Shown: in pieces, positions 42,540 through 49,441 of the stretch
Layout: every line of letters begins with the position of its first letter
Position numbering within the stretch: position 1 is the stretch's first letter
Assembly: GCA_035546815.1 (NCBI GenBank)
Contig: DASZWB010000001.1
Location: 20,667-84,666, forward strand
DNA from: Candidatus Saccharimonadales bacterium
Lineage (GTDB): Bacteria > Patescibacteriota > Saccharimonadia > Saccharimonadales > UBA4665
Length of the DNA stretch: 64,000 bases
Reading direction: 5' to 3'
The notes under the pieces: model-generated
What the model was told of the DNA's origin: nothing
Databases searched by the model: none
The model's input: only the letters and a program-made list of their open reading frames with translations
Translations under genes and position numbers: made by a program

Positions 42540-44033
42540 TTAGTGGCCGGCCGCGATGACGGTTTCGCCATGGCTAGGGTCACCTTTGGCCTTTTGCTGG
42601 CGGATGACGAAAGTGGCAATGAGGGCGGCGATGATGCCGAAGGTGGAGGCGATGAGGTAGCCGTCGTGATAGCCGTGGACCGTGGCGGCGGTTATTGGGT
42701 TGACCGTTAACACATGGTGGGCCTGCAGGTTTTTGAGGTAGTGCGTGGTGCTCGAAGCCGCGATGCCGGTCAGCACGGCCAGGCCGAGCGCGCCGCCCAC
42801 CTGCTGCGAGGTGTTCAAAAGCCCTGAGGCCAGGCCGGATTCGTTATGCGGCACGCCCGAGGTGGCCGCCACCGTGCCGGCCACGAAGACGCCGCCCATG
42901 CCGAAGGCCATCAGCGACAGGCCGGGCGCCACGTCGCTCCAAAACGAACCGTGCACCGGAATGTGCGACAACCAAAACAGGCCGCCGGACACGAACAGCG
43001 GCGCAATCATCAAAATTGGTTTGTAGCCGACGCGCTGGATAACCCGCGGCACGTTGGTGGCCACAATGGCGATAATTACCGGCATCACCAAGAAGCACAG
43101 GCCCGTCTTAACCGGCGAATAGCCCAAAATTTCCTGCATATACAAAGTGGTGAAGAAAAAGATAGAGAACATGCCAGCCGCCATGCAGAACATCAGCAAA
43201 TCGGCGCCGGACAGGTTGCGGATGCGGAAAATGCCGAGCGGCACCAGCGGGTGCTCGACGCGCTGCTCGTTGATTACGAAAGCCACCAGCGCGGCAATGG
43301 CGATGCCCAAAAATACCAGCGCGGTCGTGGAGGTCCAGCCGTCGGTCGGCGCTTTGACCAGCGCATAAACCAGCGACATCAGGCCGCCGGTGGCCAGCAC
43401 GGCGCCCGGCAAATCGAGCTGGTTGTGGTCGATGTCCGAGTCGTGACGGTCCAGAATCAACAAGGACGACGCCACCACAATGACGCCCACCGGCACATTA
43501 ATAAAGAAGTTCCAGCGCCAATCCAAATACTGCGTGAGAACACCGCCCAGCAGCACGCCGGCCGCCGCGCCGCCGGACGCCACCGCGCCCCAGACACTGA
43601 GCGCCACGTTGCGCTCGTGCCCTTCCCGATAAGTGACCAGCACGATGGACAAGGCCGCCGGCGACATAAAAGCGCCGGCCAGACCCTGCAGGCCGCGGGC
43701 GGTGATGATCCAGGCCTCCGATTGCGCCAGCGCGGTGCCCAGCGAAGCCAGCGTAAACAGCGAAATGCCGGCCAAGAATATCCGGCGCCGGCCGAACAAA
43801 TCGGCCGCCCGTCCGCCCAGCAGCAGGAAGCCGCCGAAGGTCAGGGTGTACATGGTGACGATCCACTGCAAGTTCTCCGGACTCATATGAAAGGCCTTCT
43901 GGATGGCCGGCAGCGCCACGTTGACGATCGACACGTCGAGCACCACCATAAACTGCGCCAGCGCCAGCAACACTAAAATCAGCCAGTGGTTAGCCTGTTT
44001 GCGCGGTGCGCCGGATGATTTCGCTTTCGCCAT
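42540..44033 (-). CDS. MFS transporter, DHA2 (EmrB/QacA, 14-TM) drug-efflux type
   Basis: 497 aa with about 14 hydrophobic segments. Contains LDVSIVNVALPAIQ and GRRRIFLAG motifs typical of DHA2. Confidence 0.8.
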   Translation of the reverse strand: MAKAKSSGAPRKQANHWLILVLLALAQFMVVLDVSIVNVALPAIQKAFHMSPENLQWIVTMYTLTFGGFLLLGGRAADLFGRRRIFLAGISLFTLASLGTALAQSEAWIITARGLQGLAGAFMSPAALSIVLVTYREGHERNVALSVWGAVASGGAAAGVLLGGVLTQYLDWRWNFFINVPVGVIVVASSLLILDRHDSDIDHNQLDLPGAVLATGGLMSLVYALVKAPTDGWTSTTALVFLGIAIAALVAFVINEQRVEHPLVPLGIFRIRNLSGADLLMFCMAAGMFSIFFFTTLYMQEILGYSPVKTGLCFLVMPVIIAIVATNVPRVIQRVGYKPILMIAPLFVSGGLFWLSHIPVHGSFWSDVAPGLSLMAFGMGGVFVAGTVAATSGVPHNESGLASGLLNTSQQVGGALGLAVLTGIAASSTTHYLKNLQAHHVLTVNPITAATVHGYHDGYLIASTFGIIAALIATFVIRQQKAKGDPSHGETVIAAGH

Positions 44034-44134
44034 ATGGTAGTATTCCTCCCTGTCAGATTTACGCGGACTTGTATTTCTTTCAGCCGTCTCTTAGAATAAA
44101 AGTACTGAATCATTGTAAAGGTCAAAGGTTGAGG

Positions 44135-44578
44135 ATGTCAAATATTACCCGCGAGAAAACTGTGCAAAACATGTCCGCCGAAGAATCCTTTATTATTTTT
44201 ATCAAATTTTTGATGCTGTCCAAGCACCGCGTGATTGAGCTTGGCTCCAAGTACGAACTCACTGCCATGCAAACGCTGACGCTGTTCCTGCTCGACCAGC
44301 CTTGCCCGATGCACGGCCTGCGCAAAGTTTTTAACTGCGACGCTTCAAACATTACCGGTTTGGTGGACGGCCTCGAGCAAAAAGAGCTGGCCAGCCGCTA
44401 CGAACACCCGCAAGATCGCCGCATCAAGATGGTCCGGCTAGAGGAGCGCGGCCGCGAAGTCCGCCGCGCCCTGCTCCGCCAGCTCGGCAAACAAGATGGC
44501 CCCGTCTGGTCGCGCCTGACGCCCGCCGAATACCGCACCCTCATACAGCTTTTGCAAAAAGTCACCCAGGAAGCCTAA
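44135..44578 (+). CDS. MarR-family transcriptional regulator
   Basis: Start set at the ATG preceded by GGTTGAGG. The LTAMQTLTLFLL...ASNITGLVDGLEQKELASRYEHPQDRRIKMVRLEERG wHTH is MarR-like. The gene is divergent from the MFS gene. Confidence 0.75.
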   Translation: MSNITREKTVQNMSAEESFIIFIKFLMLSKHRVIELGSKYELTAMQTLTLFLLDQPCPMHGLRKVFNCDASNITGLVDGLEQKELASRYEHPQDRRIKMVRLEERGREVRRALLRQLGKQDGPVWSRLTPAEYRTLIQLLQKVTQEA

Positions 44579-44637
44579 AAATTTGGCTTTTGCCGGGCAT
44601 AAATTTATAGTGAAAGTTATGTAAGGAGGGTTCGCCT

Positions 44638-46827
44638 GTGTTTGCTGCTATCGCTCGGTTTTCGGTTCGTTTTCGGTGGTTGATTATTATTTTTTGGCTG
44701 GCAGCCATTCCGGTGGTGACGGCCAATTTCCCCAGCATCAACAGCGTCACCAAAAACGACAATTCGCAATTTTTGCCCAAAAACAGCCCGACCACTAAGG
44801 CCGGCCAGCTGGAAAACGCTTTTCAGAGCAAGAACACGGCCGGCACGTCGGTGATTGTGGCGGTGCGCGCCGGCGGGCAGCTGACGGCCGCCGACAGCGC
44901 CGCGCTGCAGCAGATTGCCCAGAACGTTAAGCGCGTCAAAGATGTCACGACCGTGCAGGATCAGGGCGTGTCGGCCGACGGCCAGGCCCAGGAGCTGCTG
45001 GTGGGCGTGAACGGCGCCGGCTTTGGCGAGCAGGCCACGCAAATCGTTAGCGATATCCGCGCCCAATTTAAGGATTTGCCGGCTGGTTTGAACGTTTATT
45101 TGACCGGTGATTTGGCGGCCGGCGTCGACGCCGATAACGCCAATCAGAAAGGCCGCAACGACACCGAGGGCCTGACCGTGGTGTTCATTTTGGTCTTGCT
45201 GCTACTGGTGTTCCGGGCCGTGCTGGCGCCGATTACCACGCTGATTCCGGCCGGCATTGCCCTGGCGATTTCGCAGCCGGTGATTGCCGAATCAACCAAA
45301 ATCGGCGTGCAGGTGTCGTTTATTACGCAAATTTTGCTGATTGTGCTGGTGCTGGGTGCCGGCACGGATTACGGGCTTTTCCTGGTGTTCCGCGTGCGCG
45401 AGGAGCTGCGCAATGGTCACGCGCCGAAGGACGCCGTGGTGCGGGCCATGGCGCGCGTTGGCGAGTCGATTACTTTTTCGGCCGCCACGGTGGTGGCCGC
45501 GCTGCTCTGCTTGCTGCTGGCCAGCTTTGGCATTTATAAGGGTCTCGGGCCGGGGCTGGCTATCGCGCTGGGCATTATGCTGCTGATTGCGCTAACGTTT
45601 CTGCCTGCCTTACTGGCGGTGTTGGGCCGGGCGGTTTTTTGGCCGTCCAAGACCCGCAAACGGCCGCTTAAAATCGGGCTGTGGGGGCGCGTGGCGGACC
45701 GCGTGATTAAGCGGCCGGCTTTGATGCTGGGCTTAGGCGTGATCATTTTTGGCGGTTTGTCGTTTGGGATTTTGGGCTACAAGACGACCGGTTTCGGCGA
45801 TCAATCGGCGCCGAACGGCAGCCAATCGGCTACCGGCCAGCAAGTTATCGCGGCGCATTTTCCGGCCGCCAATAACAATCCGGATTTGCTGCTGCTTAAG
45901 TTTGATCAGCCGGTTTGGAATAATTTAGCGGCGGTGCAGAAAGCTCAGAACGAGCTGGCGGCGTCGAGCGTTTTTAAGGCCGTGAGCGGGCCGTTTGACG
46001 CCAACGGCTTCACGCTGACGCCGGCGGCGCTGCAGCAGCTGCACGCCAGCGGCGCCAACACGCCGGCTACGCAGGCCATTTCGCAGTTCATTAGCCCCGA
46101 CGGCCGGACCGTGCAGTTTTATGCGCTCTTCAAGGCCGGACCGAGCGGCAGCCAGGCGGCCACCGACGCCACGCCGGCAGTGCGGGCCGAGCTGGCAAAG
46201 GTCGCCAGCAATGTGGGCGCGGCGGAGAACGGCGTTTACGGCATCGACTCGGTCGGCTACGACGTCAGCCACACCGCCAACGACGACCTGAAACACATCG
46301 TGCCGGTGGTGCTGGTGATCATCGCCATTTTGCTGGCCATCCTGCTGCGCAGCCTGGTGGCGCCGTGGTACCTCATCGCCACCGTCGGCCTGTCGTACTT
46401 GGCCGGTTTAGGTTTCGCCATGATTGTTTTCGTGCATCTCGGGCATCAGGACGGGCTGAACTTTATCCTGCCATTTTTGATGTTCATTTTCAGCATGGCG
46501 CTCGGCGAGGATTACAACATTTTGGTGATGAGCCGCATCCGCGAGGAGGAGCACAACCACGAGCACGACACCACCGAGCAGGCCGTGGCGCGGGCCGTCG
46601 GCGTTACCGGCAGCACCGTGACTTCCGCCGGCCTGATTCTGGCCGGCACGTTCGGCGTGCTGGGGCTGGTGGGCGGCAACGAGCAAATCCAGCAAATCGG
46701 CTTCTCGATCGCCTTCGGCGTGCTGCTGGACACCTTCTTCGTGCGAACCCTGCTGGTGCCGTCAATCGTCACCCTGCTTGGCCGCTACAATTGGTGGCCG
46801 TCACGGCTCTACCACGAATCTAAATAA
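44638..46827 (+). CDS. MMPL-family (RND superfamily) membrane transporter
   Basis: 729 aa with a GTG start after GGAGGG. Two 6-TM bundles are separated by soluble domains, and GTDYGLFLVFRVREEL and GEDYNILVMSRIREE motifs are present. Confidence 0.8.
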   Translation: MFAAIARFSVRFRWLIIIFWLAAIPVVTANFPSINSVTKNDNSQFLPKNSPTTKAGQLENAFQSKNTAGTSVIVAVRAGGQLTAADSAALQQIAQNVKRVKDVTTVQDQGVSADGQAQELLVGVNGAGFGEQATQIVSDIRAQFKDLPAGLNVYLTGDLAAGVDADNANQKGRNDTEGLTVVFILVLLLLVFRAVLAPITTLIPAGIALAISQPVIAESTKIGVQVSFITQILLIVLVLGAGTDYGLFLVFRVREELRNGHAPKDAVVRAMARVGESITFSAATVVAALLCLLLASFGIYKGLGPGLAIALGIMLLIALTFLPALLAVLGRAVFWPSKTRKRPLKIGLWGRVADRVIKRPALMLGLGVIIFGGLSFGILGYKTTGFGDQSAPNGSQSATGQQVIAAHFPAANNNPDLLLLKFDQPVWNNLAAVQKAQNELAASSVFKAVSGPFDANGFTLTPAALQQLHASGANTPATQAISQFISPDGRTVQFYALFKAGPSGSQAATDATPAVRAELAKVASNVGAAENGVYGIDSVGYDVSHTANDDLKHIVPVVLVIIAILLAILLRSLVAPWYLIATVGLSYLAGLGFAMIVFVHLGHQDGLNFILPFLMFIFSMALGEDYNILVMSRIREEEHNHEHDTTEQAVARAVGVTGSTVTSAGLILAGTFGVLGLVGGNEQIQQIGFSIAFGVLLDTFFVRTLLVPSIVTLLGRYNWWPSRLYHESK

Positions 46828-46885
46828 GGCCGAGCGGCCGGCTGCACTCCGCCTGACCCTCATTTTAGGCATGGCCAGGCGCTCG

Positions 46886-47407
46886 CTAAATAGCCAGCAT
46901 TTTGCGCAGGGTTTTGATGTTACGGTTAGTGTTGAAATTTCTGTATTTGGCCTTGGCGAGCGTTTTGCCGAAGGAGCTGCGCAGCGTCAGGCCCTGATCG
47001 ACGCGCCAGTAGATGACGCCGCGGCCGGTTTGGACTTTTTCGCCCCTGCCGAGTTCAAAATCGTCAGCCAAAATGGCCTTTTCTAGCCCGTTTTCGATAA
47101 AGATCACATAGTCATGCTGCTTGCTGCTAGCGGTGCCGAACGGATAGCCGTCAACGATTGCCCGGAGCCGCTCAAGCGGCACGACTTGGACGATGGCCGG
47201 ATAAGCAAAGGTTTTGGTCAGCGCGGCTTCGATCAATTTTTTTAAGTCAGCGGCCGCAGCATCGCTCTCAAAGACGACATTGCCGGATTGCAGCAGCGTA
47301 GCCACATTATGCAAACCGGCCTTGTCCAGACAAACGCGCAAATCGGCCATTTTGACGACCCGCCCGCCCACGTTAATACCGCGCAGAAACGCCGCGTAGC
47401 GCGCCAT
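46886..47407 (-). CDS. DUF1697 domain protein
   Basis: MARYAAFLRGINVGGRVVKMADLRVCL is the DUF1697 signature N-terminus. Confidence 0.75.
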   Translation of the reverse strand: MARYAAFLRGINVGGRVVKMADLRVCLDKAGLHNVATLLQSGNVVFESDAAAADLKKLIEAALTKTFAYPAIVQVVPLERLRAIVDGYPFGTASSKQHDYVIFIENGLEKAILADDFELGRGEKVQTGRGVIYWRVDQGLTLRSSFGKTLAKAKYRNFNTNRNIKTLRKMLAI

Positions 47408-47572
47408 TTATTGCTTCGGCGTTTGCCGGCGCACCACCAGCACGTCGTAGACGAAAATGATGGCCGCCAGCACCAGAGCGATGTAAATCAGCGCTCCCAA
47501 AATGTGCAGGAAGACGCCGATCAGCCAAATCAGCACCAGCACGGCCGCGATAGTTAATAAAATATTTCCCAT
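47408..47572 (-). CDS. lmo0937-family small membrane protein
   Basis: MGNILLTIAAVLVLIWLIGVFLHILGALIYIALVLAAIIFVYDVLV. Start set at the ATG lying 6 nt after a TACAAT box. The track start at 47590 is the alternative. Confidence 0.55.
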   Translation of the reverse strand: MGNILLTIAAVLVLIWLIGVFLHILGALIYIALVLAAIIFVYDVLVVRRQTPKQ

Positions 47573-47605
47573 GCCCTCATTGTAACGCATCTAACGATAA
47601 GAATG

Positions 47606-47620
47606 TGACATGTCAGATTG
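47606..47620. repeat. Terminal inverted repeat, unit 1 left (TGACATGTCAGATTG)
   Basis: Perfect reverse complement of 48343-48357 and identical to 48555-48569. The core TGACATGTCA is itself a 10-nt palindrome. Confidence 0.95.
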
Positions 47621-48342
47621 CGGCGCGGAACTGGTGGCGGGGAGAGCGAAAACCGCTCAGGCTAGGCTCTCCCCGCACCAGTGCTTGTGTTCGTCCTGCT
47701 CTCGGACCTATCGGTATCGGAGCCGTGACACCGTTGATAGGACCGCTGCTATGTTGCGTGAACACCTGGTTAGGTCATACCCCGTGACTACGCTTGTCAG
47801 CACGACCGAGGCGCGTGGCCGTTTGCCAGCACGGCTCCAGATGAACACTCGCCTAACGAACTGCGGCTTTAGCCCGATGGACCACGGGTCATGAAGCGAC
47901 ACAGTTCGGCGTGGGTAGAAGTAGTACAAGCGGGCGGCGCGAGAAGACCTACGAAGGCGGCGGAGAGGAGGACCTCAAAACCACCAGCTTCGGAGCCGGA
48001 AGGTTGCCTTGTAACGCTCCGTCTCGTCTTCTCGCGCTCAGCCCGGGCTAGAGGCGCCGCATCCTCGCGAATTGGCAGGGAGATTCGCGAATCAATTGCA
48101 CACGCCCCCTCACTGGCGCAGCGGACACTGATTCGGGTAATGGCCGCGCGCCAGCAAGTGTGGCAATTGGTGACTACTTGGCTGTCGTCAGCTCCTCCGG
48201 CGGAACTTTATAACGATAACTTCGCTTCCGCTCCTTACGGACGCCCCAGTGCTTGGGACGGCACGGATGACGCAACTTAAATAGACTTCTCATGGCTCTT
48301 CTCCCTTGTGCCCGTTTTGCGCTATTACAAAAAACACAACTA

Positions 48343-48357
48343 CAATCTGACATGTCA
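48343..48357. repeat. Terminal inverted repeat, unit 1 right (CAATCTGACATGTCA)
   Basis: Perfect reverse complement of 47606-47620 and identical to 49278-49292. Confidence 0.95.
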
Positions 48358-48429
48358 AGGTGCTAACCTCGGAAAAACTGCGAACTACCTTGAGCTCAAG
48401 CGGCCTCTCAATCCAAAATTAGTACTATA

Positions 48430-48458
48430 ATTAAACGCTAGCTTAAAGAAAATGTCAA
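48430..48458 (-). promoter_or_regulatory. Promoter P1: TTGACA-N17-TTTAAT reading toward unit 1
   Basis: -35 is the complement of 48453-48458 and -10 the complement of 48430-48435. Boxes and spacer length match the second copy exactly, while the spacer sequence differs. Confidence 0.55.
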
Positions 48459-48554
48459 TGGTGCGGCACTTGCGGCACCTTAGACGAAGTATTATTGAAT
48501 TATTCGAACTGCCAGCGGCATCTCTCAAAGCCAATAATTAATGATTATGGAAAA

Positions 48555-48569
48555 TGACATGTCAGATTG
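48555..48569. repeat. Terminal inverted repeat, unit 2 left (TGACATGTCAGATTG)
   Basis: Perfect reverse complement of 49278-49292. Confidence 0.95.
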
Positions 48570-49128
48570 ATGGGGGCGAAGCGGCTAAAGGTTTGAGAAA
48601 GCGGCGCGGGGAGAGTGAGTCTTCGCGGGGCGAAGTAACCAGATTCCGGACAAATCCAGTCGTGCTACTCACTCTCCCGTTGCCGGCTTTGGTTTACATC
48701 CGCTTTACACGAACCCTGTCTCGGTGGGAGGCGCCAAACGGCACTTGAGACGATAGGCCCGCCGCCTGGGCGATGAAATGCCCGTACGTTACGCGGATAC
48801 CTCCACTCCCGAACACCATCGGGGGCGAAGCCTTTGAAAACTCAAAAAGCAAAATAGAGACCCGAGCGACGAGAAAGCCCCCCAAACTTAGGGACAGGCT
48901 GTGTGTGTATCACTCGCACTGCCCAGTGCGTGCCTGCAACCTTCCGGATTCTTTTGGAACCTTTCCGGTATCGCTTTCTCGCGCTCGGTATCTCTCCCCC
49001 TGTAATGACGCGCACGGCGGACTCTGATGAAGTACCAACTACCTGCATCGGAGCACAACTTGGGCCGTGGGCGCCTTACTGCCTGTTACGACGGTACTTA
49101 TCCCTCCCAGGAGTAACCGTCCAGGCAA

Positions 49129-49160
49129 GTTTTGCGGTTTTGCGGTTTTGCGATTTTGCC
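49129..49160. repeat. Tandem octamer repeat (GTTTTGCG x3 plus ATTTTGCC) inside unit 2
   Basis: Read directly from the sequence: gttttgcg gttttgcg gttttgcg attttgcc. Unit 1 has a single GTTTTGCG at the equivalent end (48313-48320). Confidence 0.9.
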
Positions 49161-49277
49161 TTAGCAAAAAGGACTCAAACTTTTGACATTATCAGAATAC
49201 GAGCAAAGCGGCGGCGCGAGTGGCTGCTCGGCGGCTGCGCTGGTCGTATCCCAATAATATCGCTTGCGCGGTTCAAA

Positions 49278-49292
49278 CAATCTGACATGTCA
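49278..49292. repeat. Terminal inverted repeat, unit 2 right (CAATCTGACATGTCA)
   Basis: Perfect reverse complement of 48555-48569. Confidence 0.95.
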
Positions 49293-49378
49293 AAGTGCTA
49301 ACCTCGGGGAATACACGGCGAATCCAGGCTTTTCGTGCGCGGACTCCAGCCGGTCTCTCGACCCAAAATTGCTATATT

Positions 49379-49407
49379 ATTAAACGCCTCTCGAGAGAAA
49401 ATGTCAA
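49379..49407 (-). promoter_or_regulatory. Promoter P2: TTGACA-N17-TTTAAT reading toward unit 2
   Basis: -35 is the complement of 49402-49407 and -10 the complement of 49379-49384, with a 17-nt spacer. The flanking ACCA and GCG bases are also conserved with P1. Confidence 0.55.
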
Positions 49408-49441
49408 TGGTTCGGCCGCTCGGATGGTAAAATAAAACTCT

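Larger units (their letters stand above)
47606..48357 (-). ncRNA. Candidate large structured non-coding element, unit 1 (752 nt)
   Basis: Has no credible ORF and is bounded by a 15-nt perfect IR. Contains a long GC hairpin at 47631-47681, a long-range helix 47931-47948/48026-48045, and many local stems. The strand is inferred from the conserved promoter at 48430-48458. Confidence 0.5.
48555..49292 (-). ncRNA. Candidate large structured non-coding element, unit 2 (738 nt)
   Basis: Same architecture as unit 1: IR ends, a hairpin at 48603-48684 sharing CGGGGAGAG/CTCTCCC, and a helix 48862-48878/48973-48988 collinear with the unit 1 helix. Confidence 0.5.

Noticed and set aside
42540-46827. The MarR / MFS (DHA2) / MMPL cluster as something unusual
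   Set aside because: A divergent MarR regulator next to efflux transporters is a common and well-understood arrangement. I saw nothing atypical in the sequence.
47606-47615. The palindrome TGACATGTCA as a binding site of the nearby Crp/Fnr-family regulator
   Set aside because: Crp/Fnr sites are TGTGA-N6-TCACA or TTGAT-N4-ATCAA, with spaced half-sites. This palindrome has abutting half-sites and does not fit. The idea has no support beyond proximity.
47605-48280. ORFs of 60, 94 and 129 aa on the plus strand (and 63-84 aa ORFs at 47708-49301) inside the 1.85-kb gap as possible protein genes
   Set aside because: Their translations are R/A/S/G-rich, as expected from random high-GC sequence. They lack ribosome-binding sites and overlap one another in different frames. 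None is conserved between the two homologous units, whereas stem-forming nucleotide segments are.
49129-49160. Tandem short repeats as a CRISPR array
   Set aside because: The repeats are 8-nt units with no spacers, and no cas genes are present in the window. This is not a CRISPR array.
47606-49292. The two IR-bounded units as MITEs or defective IS elements (ends 5'-TG...CA-3', 15-bp terminal IRs)
   Set aside because: The flanks show no target-site duplication (aatg/aagg and aaaa/aagt). There is no transposase remnant, only two adjacent copies exist in 64 kb, and the interiors are almost completely diverged while the IRs remain perfect. Decaying MITE copies would show the opposite pattern. 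I keep this as an alternative but not the preferred reading.
47606-49292. The units as a known RNA (rRNA fragment, RNase P RNA, tmRNA, SRP RNA, group II intron)
   Set aside because: By eye I could not find the diagnostic motifs. These are the RNase P P4 GAGGAAAGTCCGGGC, the tmRNA tRNA-like ends and tag ORF, the SRP GGAA/AGCAGCC domain IV, and the group II GUGYG 5' end with domain V. A covariance-model scan is still needed to exclude them formally.
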